NCBI GenBank assembly: GCA_002339675.1
Contig: DDKB01000019.1
Span: 28,876-92,875 of the forward strand
Source of the DNA: Stutzerimonas stutzeri
GTDB lineage: Bacteria; Pseudomonadota; Gammaproteobacteria; Pseudomonadales; Pseudomonadaceae
Direction of reading: 5' to 3'
Length of the DNA stretch: 64,000 bases
How positions within the stretch are numbered: position 1 is the first letter of the stretch; each line of letters starts with the position of its first letter. The position numbers and the translations under genes are program-made. The notes beneath the pieces are model-generated. The model was not told where the DNA came from and ran no database searches. It worked only from the letters and a program-made list of their open reading frames with translations. This document shows positions 1 through 9,113 of this stretch, one piece after another.

Positions 1-194
1 GGTGGAGCCCAAGCTGGGTGCCGTTTACTTCCAGTGGTGGTGGCGACCATCTCTGCCTGGATCTTGCGCCTTCCTCAAAGGGCACACCTGGCCAAGTCAT
101 CAAGTATTCAGGTGAGTTGCCCTCCAGGCGTTTGAAGGCATCGAGTTTCTCCAAGTGGTTTGAGTCGTTTGTGAAAGCCAAAGTCGGCTGCTGA
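1..194 (+). CDS. SMI1/KNR4 (SUKH) family protein, C-terminal part (5' truncated by window)
   Basis: Frame +3 read by hand: WSPSWVPFTSSGGGDHLCLDLAPSSKGTPGQVIKY...ASSFSKWFESF*, matching the W.P.W.PF..DGGG..LC.DL.P...G..GQV...SF..W pattern; stop TGA 192-194. Confidence 0.75.
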   Translation, partial: WSPSWVPFTSSGGGDHLCLDLAPSSKGTPGQVIKYSGELPSRRLKASSFSKWFESFVKAKVGC

Positions 195-202
195 GGTGCG
201 AT

Positions 203-1879
203 ATGGAAAAAACGCTTACCGAGCTGCGCGAGGAGCGCCTGCAGAAATTATTTGCTGACTGTCAGCAGCAAGTGCTTGGGCAGATCATTGGCCCCTTTGG
301 CCTGTCCATGGCCATGTTCGAAGACAAGAACGGGGGCAACGTTACGACGCTACGTAATTTCTCGCGCGATGACGACACCTATGTCGCGACGGAATCAGAT
401 AAGACACTTCATGCGCACTCAAAAATTGAGTATGACGAAGATGTGAGGTCACTCTACGAGGTAGACACACAAAAAAAAGCCAAGAATGCGGGTGGCAAGA
501 CTTGGGAACAAAAGCGCGCTGATAAAATAAAGTTAGGTGTGGATGAGTACACTGGCGCAGCTGTTTCATCAGATGGGAAAACTAAAGTTAAAAGCGGTGA
601 AGTGGTAAATGCTGAGCTCGACCATGTTGTGTCGATTGGCGAAACCCACAGTACTGCGAAGAATCATCTTGCTCTAGGTAAGGTTGTTACCGATCCCGCA
701 ACAGGTGAGCAGGTGGTTGATACTTCTCGCATTCGAGAAATGGTGAATCACGATGACAATCTGGCTCTGACGAATAAGCCAGCTAACGGCTCTAAGAAAG
801 CTCATGATCTCAAGGAGTGGGCTGGTAGGGAGAGGGCTGATGGTACGACTAACGCAGAAGAGTTTGGGTTAGACGATAAGCTGGTTAATGAGGCCTATTC
901 GAAAGCTAGGGCTCATGCCGAGAACACGGCAAATAGCGCTCTTCTAAAGAAACAAGCAACAGAACTGCTACAAACTGGTGGCAAGCAGGCTGCTCTAATG
1001 GGCCTCAGGCAATCGCTTGGGTTGCTGTTGACTGAACTGGTCAATGGCCTTTTCAACGAATTTAAAGTACTGATCAAGGCTGGCGTTGAGGCAGGCAAGA
1101 CGCTCTTCGAGGAGATCAAAGAGCGTCTTCAGCGCGTGATAGCCTCTGTGGTCAAGAAAATCCCCGCAGCTGCTTCCCAAGCCTTTCAGGGTGGGGTCAG
1201 TGGCTTTATGAGCAACCTGATCACCTTCTTGATCAACAACTTTCTCTCTACGGCCAAGCGCTTCGTTACCATCATCCGCGAGGGGCTGCTGGGTCTGGTC
1301 AAGGCTTTCAAGATGATCATGTTCCCACCTAAAGGCATGACATCCAGTGAGGCACTGCAGGAAGGATTGAAGGTCCTGACCGCCGTTGTGGTGACCAGTG
1401 TGGGCTTTCTGCTGCAGGAGAGTGTGGCGACCTTTCTAAAGACCGTGCCATTTCTCATTCCTGTCGCGGATGCGGTCTCCGGGGTATTGATTGGCATCAT
1501 GACGGGGCTGCTTTCCGCATTTCTGGCGTATCAGCTGGATAACGTGTTCGCGCGTTACCGGTACGCTTATGACGAAAAACTCCTCGATGCTATAGCTACC
1601 GATGCCAAGCTCACCGAGAAAATGGCGAGTGACTTGGTGGTAGCTTCCGAAGCGTCACTCTCGTCTATCGCGAAATACGGTGAGTCGATAAAAAGCTACG
1701 AAAAAACTGGTGAGCTGTTGGGCGCGGCTGGGCGCGCATCACAAGCGGTGGCGTCCAGCCTTGCGCAAGCTGTCGAAAGTGCGAAGACGCAAGTGGTCGA
1801 GACGAAGGAGATGATTTCCTACCTCGACGAAACCAATGCATTGTTAGACGATTTTTTTGGTAAGAAGGCAACGGAATGA
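203..1879 (+). CDS. Uncharacterised protein with His-Me finger/HNH-like motif, hydrophobic helical hairpin and C-terminal coiled coil
   Basis: 558-aa ORF with GAGG RBS; ELDHVVS...NLALTNKPANGSK; hydrophobic VLTAVVVTSVGFLL and VSGVLIGIMTGLLSAFLAY segments. Confidence 0.7.
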   Translation: MEKTLTELREERLQKLFADCQQQVLGQIIGPFGLSMAMFEDKNGGNVTTLRNFSRDDDTYVATESDKTLHAHSKIEYDEDVRSLYEVDTQKKAKNAGGKTWEQKRADKIKLGVDEYTGAAVSSDGKTKVKSGEVVNAELDHVVSIGETHSTAKNHLALGKVVTDPATGEQVVDTSRIREMVNHDDNLALTNKPANGSKKAHDLKEWAGRERADGTTNAEEFGLDDKLVNEAYSKARAHAENTANSALLKKQATELLQTGGKQAALMGLRQSLGLLLTELVNGLFNEFKVLIKAGVEAGKTLFEEIKERLQRVIASVVKKIPAAASQAFQGGVSGFMSNLITFLINNFLSTAKRFVTIIREGLLGLVKAFKMIMFPPKGMTSSEALQEGLKVLTAVVVTSVGFLLQESVATFLKTVPFLIPVADAVSGVLIGIMTGLLSAFLAYQLDNVFARYRYAYDEKLLDAIATDAKLTEKMASDLVVASEASLSSIAKYGESIKSYEKTGELLGAAGRASQAVASSLAQAVESAKTQVVETKEMISYLDETNALLDDFFGKKATE

Positions 1880-2847
1880 GCAGTTTGACTGGTAAAGAAG
1901 TCCAAATCGTTACCGCACTATCAACAGCGGATCTGCCGGAAGCACTGATTGGTAATAGTTGCGTTAAGGAACTAGTTGGGGCTGTTGTTGGCGCACAGCA
2001 ACAGACTAAAGCCGCCAACGATAAGTTGCAGGCTGCTCGCAGTGAAAAAGATTCGCAGAACGCAGTGTCAAGGTGGTGGAATAATACAGAAGATAAGATT
2101 AAAGACGCTCAGCTTGATCTTACTACGACAATTTCTAATCTAAATCGCCATTCATCTCAGTTGTTAATTTTCAACACCGCTATTTCTAAAGTCCTATGTG
2201 ATCAGCAGGATATATTGCTTCGCCAGCAAAAAATTCTCGAAGAACAGGCCGCTCAGCTTAAGCAACAGAACCTGGAAATTCTCGATCAGCAGAAGGCGCT
2301 TGAGATCCAACAGGGCGAGATTAAAAAGGCGAATCAAGGGCTGATGGAGGCCAAGGGTGTTACTGCCGAACAAGCGCGCAACCTGGTCGGTTGTGTGCAA
2401 AGGGTCGAGGCGGCAGAGGAGCGGATTTCGGAGGTCAACCGCCAGCTCCTGGTAGCGATCGAGGAGCATCTCAACCAGGTTCGTAAAGATCTTGGTGCAT
2501 CCCAGTCTTCGGCGGTGGCTGCCCTCGAGTCACGTGGTGACGAGCTAGTTCGGTTAATCGAAGGACATGAGCATCAGCTTGCGAGCCACTCAGCGCTGCA
2601 GCAAGAGCTTCAGGGGCGCTTGGCTCGCTTCGAGGAAGCGATGCCGCAGCAGATAGAAAAATCGATCAGCCAGCTTGTCGCTCCTGTCTTCCACCGAGTG
2701 GGGGTGCTTGAGCAGCGCAATGGCGAGCTGGCCCTACAGCAATCAAAATTGGCGAAGTGGGTGGTGGCAAGCTCCAGCTTGGCTGGAGTTGCGCTGGCAG
2801 GTCTGGCACTCGCCATGCTCCTCTTAAGGCAGAATGGGGTGTTTTAA
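1876..2847 (+). CDS. Uncharacterised coiled-coil protein with C-terminal transmembrane anchor
   Basis: 323 aa; ATGA overlap with upstream gene; Q/E/L-rich heptads; C-terminal WVVASSSLAGVALAGLALAMLLL. Confidence 0.75.
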   Translation: MSSLTGKEVQIVTALSTADLPEALIGNSCVKELVGAVVGAQQQTKAANDKLQAARSEKDSQNAVSRWWNNTEDKIKDAQLDLTTTISNLNRHSSQLLIFNTAISKVLCDQQDILLRQQKILEEQAAQLKQQNLEILDQQKALEIQQGEIKKANQGLMEAKGVTAEQARNLVGCVQRVEAAEERISEVNRQLLVAIEEHLNQVRKDLGASQSSAVAALESRGDELVRLIEGHEHQLASHSALQQELQGRLARFEEAMPQQIEKSISQLVAPVFHRVGVLEQRNGELALQQSKLAKWVVASSSLAGVALAGLALAMLLLRQNGVF

Positions 2848-2855
2848 GCGCGGTA

Positions 2856-2890
2856 CGGAATTGCCGGCAGATGGTTTTCCGGCAGTTCCG
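2856..2890. repeat. 12-bp inverted repeat (hairpin) between the coiled-coil gene and pglZ
   Basis: CGGAATTGCCGG-N11-CCGGCAGTTCCG (one G-U pair); no U-tract. Confidence 0.5.
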
Positions 2891-2972
2891 GAAGCCGCAA
2901 CCGGCAGTGCTTCATGTGATTCCGCTGAGCATCTGCGCGGCTACGGCAATCCCAAGATTTGAGTGAGAAGCG

Positions 2973-5294
2973 ATGACCGTAATTGAGGCTTTGGCTGCGA
3001 GTCTACGTGCAGCAGCGCAGTACAACGCCAGTTCCCAGGTTGCACCTACAGCGATCCTTTGGCCTGACAAGGATCGAGAGTGGTTGCCTGTACTTGGTCA
3101 ACTCCAAAGTGCGCTTCCAGAGCTTTTTTCGCTCGGAAGCTACAAGCCCGATCACCGGCAAGGCCCGGCCATATGGCTCAAGTGTGTAATCGCAGATGCG
3201 TTGCCTGAGATTTCCCTTCCGGTTGGCCAGACCCCGATCATCTATTTGCCGGGTGTGAGCCGGCAGGATTTGCGGGCGATTACTGCATGCCCTGTGGAAC
3301 TGCAGCCCTTGGCCGAGTTGCAGTATCGGGGCGTGCTGTGGAGCCAGGTGAACGCCAAAGACTGGACGACCAATGCATTCTTAATTTCCCGCGCTGGTGG
3401 CCTAGGACTGGATGTAGCCCAGGACGCGAAGACCCAAACTGCGATGCTACGCGCGCTCGAGCCATTGCTCGATACCAACGTCTCGCAACTCCAAGGGCGT
3501 CGACTGGAGGCCAGTGACTTCAACCAGCTTCTAAGCACAGACAGCGTCCGGGATGTGCTGACCTGGCTGTGTGATAGCAAGGGTGTGCAGGCAAGTTGGG
3601 CGGGAGCGCGTTGGGAAGCTTTTGTCGGCATCTGTCATGGCGAGTTTCTGGTCCATCCTGAGAAAGATGGGGATCTGGTCGCGGCGGAGAAGCTGTGTGC
3701 CCGGTTGGGCCCTTGGGCTCGTGTCTGGGAGCGGTTCACGGAAAACACGGCTGCCTTTTCACGGTTGCCCAATGTGTTGATGCGCTGTCAGCCAGATCTG
3801 GCAGCAGATGTCTCGACCTATCCGAGCTATAACCAGCAGCAGGAAAACGATCTGTTGGCGCAGTTGCGTTCGCTTTCCACTTGCGGTAGCAACGAGCTGC
3901 GTAAAGGGCTGATTGATCTTGATGTCCACCATGGCGTTCGTCGGTCATGGGTTTGGGCGGAAATGGGTTCGGCTCCTATTGCCCAGTTGCTTGAACCGCT
4001 GGTACTGATTGCTAAAACAGTTGGAGATAGTGGTCTTTCCGGTACCTCTCCCGAGGAAATGGCCGAGCATTATCGGAGCCATTATTGGGTCGTTGACGAT
4101 GCTCAACTCCGGGCCCTGGCGATGGCCCGAGAACCGTCAATGCAATTGTTGGTGAGGGATATTCTCAACAGCCTGTATACGCCCTGGCTGCACGAGACGG
4201 CGCTAAACTTCCAGCAGCTGGTGAGAGCGAAAGGCTATCCCGGGAGCGACGGCGTGAATGAAGCTGTTGCCACCTATCAAACCTCCAGTGAAGTCGTTTT
4301 CTTTGTCGATGGGCTGCGCTATGACGTGGCGCAGCGTTTGGTCGGTCGCCTGCAAAGCTTGGGAAAGGTTCGACAGCAGTCAAACTGGGCAGCGCTGCCT
4401 TCCGTGACGGCCACGGCCAAAGCTGCCGTCATGCCGATTCATCAGCAGGTAACGGGACGCCTAACCGATACCGACTTCCAGCCTAGCTTGAAGAGTGAAG
4501 ACAAGCCGCTGAGCGCTTATTACTTCCGAAAGTTAATGGAGGAGGGCGGTTGGCAGGTCCTGGGGGCTGAGGAGAATGGTGATCCTCAAGGATTGGCCTG
4601 GGTGCAGACCGGCAATATCGATGAAGCAGGCCACACAGACAATCTGCGTCTGGCAGGCCGGATTGATGCTCTGCTGCAGGACGTATACCTGCGCATTGAG
4701 GAGCTACTGCAGGCCGGCTGGCGAAAAATCCGTATCGTCACGGATCACGGTTGGCTTTTGACGCCACAGCCAATGGCTAAAGTTGATCTACCCAAGCACC
4801 TTGCAGAGGTGCGCTGGGCCCGCTGTGCTGAAATCAAAGGCACCGTTCAAACCAATCTGCCAACCGTCAATTGGCACTGGAATCCGGAGCAAACCATTGC
4901 CGTTGCACCTGGAGCCAGTGCCTTCCTTGCTGGCCGTCACTATGATCACGGCGGCTTGAGCCTGCAGGAGTGTTTGACGCCGATCATCGAAGTGCTCAGT
5001 ACATCTGCGCCGTCGATGAAGCTAAGTGCTGCGGTTATCACAAAGGTGCAGTGGTTGGGTTTGACCTGTCGTGTTGAGGTGCAAAGCAGTGCTACCGATC
5101 TGGTTGTCGATCTGCGCAGCAGCCCTGCAGATCCGACAACCTCGCTTGTGCGCACTAAAAACCTCAAGGGGGGCAAGTGCAGCCTGCCGGTGGAGGACGA
5201 TGACCGGGAGGGAGATGCAGTTGTGGTAGTAGTGCTGGACAGCGCTGGGAACGTGCTCGCTAAGCAGGCGACCTTGGTTGGAGATGAAGCGTGA
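2973..5294 (+). CDS. pglZ: BREX PglZ alkaline-phosphatase-superfamily protein (type B-like)
   Basis: Motifs FFVDGLRYD, LPSVTATAK, IDEAGH, IVTDHGW, YDHGGLSLQE; directly followed by brxL. Confidence 0.9.
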   Translation: MTVIEALAASLRAAAQYNASSQVAPTAILWPDKDREWLPVLGQLQSALPELFSLGSYKPDHRQGPAIWLKCVIADALPEISLPVGQTPIIYLPGVSRQDLRAITACPVELQPLAELQYRGVLWSQVNAKDWTTNAFLISRAGGLGLDVAQDAKTQTAMLRALEPLLDTNVSQLQGRRLEASDFNQLLSTDSVRDVLTWLCDSKGVQASWAGARWEAFVGICHGEFLVHPEKDGDLVAAEKLCARLGPWARVWERFTENTAAFSRLPNVLMRCQPDLAADVSTYPSYNQQQENDLLAQLRSLSTCGSNELRKGLIDLDVHHGVRRSWVWAEMGSAPIAQLLEPLVLIAKTVGDSGLSGTSPEEMAEHYRSHYWVVDDAQLRALAMAREPSMQLLVRDILNSLYTPWLHETALNFQQLVRAKGYPGSDGVNEAVATYQTSSEVVFFVDGLRYDVAQRLVGRLQSLGKVRQQSNWAALPSVTATAKAAVMPIHQQVTGRLTDTDFQPSLKSEDKPLSAYYFRKLMEEGGWQVLGAEENGDPQGLAWVQTGNIDEAGHTDNLRLAGRIDALLQDVYLRIEELLQAGWRKIRIVTDHGWLLTPQPMAKVDLPKHLAEVRWARCAEIKGTVQTNLPTVNWHWNPEQTIAVAPGASAFLAGRHYDHGGLSLQECLTPIIEVLSTSAPSMKLSAAVITKVQWLGLTCRVEVQSSATDLVVDLRSSPADPTTSLVRTKNLKGGKCSLPVEDDDREGDAVVVVVLDSAGNVLAKQATLVGDEA

Positions 5295-7342
5295 TCGAAT
5301 TGGATACTCTTGACTCGAAAGCTGCGGCAGCCTTTGAGGGATATATCGTCCGCAAGGATCTGGTCAGAACCTTTGCCAGGCAATTCCCTGTGCCGACCTA
5401 TGTTGTCGAGTTTTTGTTGGGTCGATACTGCGCCAGCACCGATCCCGATGAGATCGAAGAGGGTATCGAGATCGTAGAACGTCAGCTTTCCTCCCGGACC
5501 GTCAAGGCCGGCGAGGAGGAGCTGTTCAAGGCACGTGCATACAAGAACGGCACGGTGAAGTTGATTGATCTTGTAAGTGCGCGCTTTAGCCAGAAAGACA
5601 ACGGTTATCTCGCAAGTCTGCCCAGCGTGCAGCTCACAAACGTTCGTATCGCAGATAAGTTAGTGGACGATAACGAGCGCCTGCTCACTGGTGGTTTCTA
5701 TGCGGAAATCACGTTGGAGTACGATCCCGCGATAGCGGAGGAGCGCGGTAATCCTTTTGGCGTGCAGGATCTGCGGCCCATTCAGCTTTCGAAGCGCGAC
5801 GTGCTCGACACCCTTGGCGAGGCGCGAAAAACATTCAGCAGTGAGGAGTGGAAGGACTTTCTGCTGAGGTCCATCGGCCTTGAACCTGAGAGGTTAGATG
5901 CCCGAGCCAAGGATGCGCTCCTGCTTCGTATGGTTCCGTTCGTTGAGCGGAACTACAACCTGGTTGAGTTGGGGCCCCGCGGTACGGGTAAGAGCCATCT
6001 GTTTCAGCAGGTCTCCCCCTATGCGCATCTGATCTCTGGCGGCAAGGCCACCATTGCCAAGATGTTCGTCAATAACGCCAGCGGCCAGAGAGGTCTGGTG
6101 TGCCAATACGACGTGGTCTGCTTTGACGAGATCAGCGGCATTTCCTTCGACTCGAAGGAAGGCATCAACATCATGAAAGGGTATATGGAGTCCGGCGAAT
6201 TCAGCCGCGGCAAGGAGAGTATCCGTGCCGATGGTTCGCTGGTTTTCGTGGGAAATTTCGATGTAGACGTTGAGCACCAGCAGCGAGTGGGGCATCTGTT
6301 TGGGCCGCTGCCTCAGGAAATGCGTGATGACACCGCCTGGATGGATCGGATTCACTGCTTCCTACCTGGCTGGGATGTGCCCAAGATGAATCGAGAGCTG
6401 ACCACCGATCATTTCGGGCTAGTGAGTGATTTTTTCTCGGAGTGCCTGAGCCGTCTCCGCTACGAAAGTAGGGTCAGTGCGCTGCAAAACCGAGTCCATC
6501 TGGGCGGCGCTTTGAGCGGCCGAGATACCAATGCAGTGAACAAGACGGTGTCCGGACTTCTCAAGCTGCTCTATCCCGACTCATCTCAGACGGTTGCAGA
6601 TGAAGACCTGGAGTGGGCAACGCGCCTCGCTCTGGAGGTGCGTCGCCGGGTTAAAGAGCAGCAGAAGCGTATCGGCTCTGCTGAGTTTCGAAACACCCAC
6701 TTCAGCTACTTCATCGGTGATGACGGCATCGAGAAGTTCGTTGCAACCCCTGAGCTGCGTGCGGATAACGAGATTGGTGACGACCCCCTCGAGCCTGGCC
6801 AGATCTGGACAATCAGCGAGGGTGGAGCAGAAATCGATGATAACGCGGGGCTTTACCGGATTGAGGTTAACGAAGGGCCAGGTTCTGGAGTGAAGATCCT
6901 CAACAATCCAGTGCCGCCAGCCTTCAAGGAGTCGGTGCGTTACGCCGAGCAAAATCTTTACGCTCGTGCCTCCCAGCTGATTGGTGATCGGGATCCTCGC
7001 GCACATGAGTTCACCGTCCAGCTGCGCGCTTTCGACGCCGCCAAGCGCGGCTCCAAGCTCGGTGTCGCCGCTCTGATTGCGATGTGTAGCAGTCTGCTGA
7101 AGAAGTCTGTTCGGGGCGGCTTGATTGTGGTGGGTGAGATCAACCTGGGTGGGTCCATCGAGCCGGTGCTTAACCCGGTGAGCATCGCCGAATTGGCGGT
7201 GGAGAAGGGGGCTAGTGCGCTGCTGATGCCGGTCACCTGCCGCCGCCAGCTCTATGACCTGTCTGATGACATGGCGACGAAGATCGACATTCAGTTTTAT
7301 CAGGATGCTAGGGACGCGTTTTTAAAGGCGATTGTTGAGTAG
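5291..7342 (+). CDS. brxL: BREX BrxL (AAA+ ATPase with Lon-like C-terminal domain)
   Basis: VPTYVVEFLLGRYC, Walker A ELGPRGTGKS, Walker B VCFDE, MKGYMESGEFSRG, C-terminal GEINLGGSI; GTGA overlap with pglZ. Confidence 0.92.
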   Translation: MIELDTLDSKAAAAFEGYIVRKDLVRTFARQFPVPTYVVEFLLGRYCASTDPDEIEEGIEIVERQLSSRTVKAGEEELFKARAYKNGTVKLIDLVSARFSQKDNGYLASLPSVQLTNVRIADKLVDDNERLLTGGFYAEITLEYDPAIAEERGNPFGVQDLRPIQLSKRDVLDTLGEARKTFSSEEWKDFLLRSIGLEPERLDARAKDALLLRMVPFVERNYNLVELGPRGTGKSHLFQQVSPYAHLISGGKATIAKMFVNNASGQRGLVCQYDVVCFDEISGISFDSKEGINIMKGYMESGEFSRGKESIRADGSLVFVGNFDVDVEHQQRVGHLFGPLPQEMRDDTAWMDRIHCFLPGWDVPKMNRELTTDHFGLVSDFFSECLSRLRYESRVSALQNRVHLGGALSGRDTNAVNKTVSGLLKLLYPDSSQTVADEDLEWATRLALEVRRRVKEQQKRIGSAEFRNTHFSYFIGDDGIEKFVATPELRADNEIGDDPLEPGQIWTISEGGAEIDDNAGLYRIEVNEGPGSGVKILNNPVPPAFKESVRYAEQNLYARASQLIGDRDPRAHEFTVQLRAFDAAKRGSKLGVAALIAMCSSLLKKSVRGGLIVVGEINLGGSIEPVLNPVSIAELAVEKGASALLMPVTCRRQLYDLSDDMATKIDIQFYQDARDAFLKAIVE

Positions 7343-7496
7343 ATTCAACTCAATAACTGCAATCCGCTCCTGGAGCCGCCGAAATCGGCCATTCCAAAGC
7401 TCTGCCTCCTGGCATTCAGATGGCAAAATGCCGCCATTGCATGGACTATGGCGTCGGAATCCCCTAGATTCTTGGCAAATTGTCACGGACGTCGAG

Positions 7497-9113
7497 ATGG
7501 AATCAAATGATTCGGGCGGTGTTGCCGCCAAGCACGGTTTCCTATTCCAAGACTGTGTAGCCGCTTACCATGTAACCCGAATGCTTCGTGATAAGACTAT
7601 CCGCAGTGTTCGCTGCGAGGTCACAGACGATATCGACATCGTATCTGACGGGTACGTCGACTTCGTGCAGGTGAAAAGTACCGAGAAAACGCGCTGGAAT
7701 ATTTCCGACATCGTCCTGAATTCCAAGGGAGTCGATAAAAAAACAATCCCTTGCAGCTCAATATTGCACAAGTCGATGCAGTGCAAGTCCAGCCCCGGTC
7801 TGTCCCGAAGGTATTCGATCGTCACCGAAGATAAGGTGAACAAAACCTTAGAGTACCTGACGATCAGCTCAACAGCCAGGGCAGGCAAGTCAGGACGGCA
7901 GGAACTGATCGACGACCTCAATAAGCGCACGGCGGGCTACCAGACCCCGTCAGGCGTGACCGTCGCCGACTGGGTCGACGCTGCAACCTGGCAGGTCTAC
8001 CACACCGTGCGCGAACTGGAACTTCTGGGGATCAAAAACATACGGATGGCCTCCCAGGATCTGCACGGCGTTATTCTCAGTTCCGAAACCGTCGCCGAAG
8101 ACATATGGCTCCGTATCCTCGATACCGTGACGCGCAAGGGCGAGCATTCACGACGGATCCACAGTGTTGATGACAAGTCCTACACACGGACTGATCTCTT
8201 TGACTGGTTCAAGTTGCGCGTCGAGGATGACCAGTCTCGCTCAGGCCGAAAGATCTACGTCAGGCGGGACTTGCCGCACATCCTTATGCCATTCGGAGCG
8301 CCTATGGCTTCGGTCTGCGCTAAGCGTAAGGGGCAGGTTCTACATCAGCAGTATTCGCTTAAACGATACCGCTACAGACACATAGTGGACAACGTCTGCC
8401 AATGGTTGGATGAGGTCTTTCTTCGGCCTAAAGAAATGGCCGATATCCACAAGTTGACGCTCGTGGAAAAGCGCGAGCGGCTGCGAACGTCCGTCTTCAA
8501 ATCGCTCTGCGATGTCGGTGCGTTTTTGGGCCGGGTGCTATTGCACGCCACTATCCGCCAGCACCATGAAAGCCAGCCCATACCCTGCATGCTGCACGTG
8601 GAAAGATCAGGGGCAGAGAAAATTCTTGAAAACGTGCATATCGTTCGCCGCGATCCAGAAGGTGATCAACTTTGGATTGGCTTCAGCGAGTTGGTGACTG
8701 ATATTGACGTCGCTGTCCGGTTGCTGGAGATACGGGATCGGCTGTACGAGGATATCTCGGACTGCTTCGATTCTGCGCGCAGCAAGATCCTCGACGTCAA
8801 AGACGACGACTACCTGCTTCGCCACGATATCGACGAAATCCTAGATGGCAGCCGGCCCTTTGATGCCCACCTTGATCGCTTCACTTTCGTCCTATTTGTG
8901 GGCTATGACTCTCACCTGCTCACCGACCCTGAAACGCTGGGTCACGAAGATGAATTAGAGGGGGAAACGGCAGCGCTATTTGAGCAATTCGCAGCCGACC
9001 TCACGGAGCAATCTCCCTTCGCGGATCTGTGCGTCCACGTATTTCTCTACCCCGCTCCTAGCCTTGAGCGGCTAACCAAATTGGTCGAGGACAAAGTAAG
9101 GGCGGTGGTATGA
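7497..9113 (+). CDS. abpA: AbpA / Hachiman HamA with N-terminal Cap4-like PD-(D/E)xK nuclease
   Basis: Start re-set to ATG 7497 (MESNDSGGVAAKHGFLFQD, 538 aa); DDIDIV...FVQVK nuclease motif; closely resembles E. coli YfjL/AbpA as I recall it. Confidence 0.88.
   Translation: MESNDSGGVAAKHGFLFQDCVAAYHVTRMLRDKTIRSVRCEVTDDIDIVSDGYVDFVQVKSTEKTRWNISDIVLNSKGVDKKTIPCSSILHKSMQCKSSPGLSRRYSIVTEDKVNKTLEYLTISSTARAGKSGRQELIDDLNKRTAGYQTPSGVTVADWVDAATWQVYHTVRELELLGIKNIRMASQDLHGVILSSETVAEDIWLRILDTVTRKGEHSRRIHSVDDKSYTRTDLFDWFKLRVEDDQSRSGRKIYVRRDLPHILMPFGAPMASVCAKRKGQVLHQQYSLKRYRYRHIVDNVCQWLDEVFLRPKEMADIHKLTLVEKRERLRTSVFKSLCDVGAFLGRVLLHATIRQHHESQPIPCMLHVERSGAEKILENVHIVRRDPEGDQLWIGFSELVTDIDVAVRLLEIRDRLYEDISDCFDSARSKILDVKDDDYLLRHDIDEILDGSRPFDAHLDRFTFVLFVGYDSHLLTDPETLGHEDELEGETAALFEQFAADLTEQSPFADLCVHVFLYPAPSLERLTKLVEDKVRAVV

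Noticed and set aside
7332..7496. 55-aa N-terminal extension of AbpA in the ORF track
   Set aside because: Overlaps the brxL stop and spans intergenic motifs; the recognisable protein starts at ATG 7497
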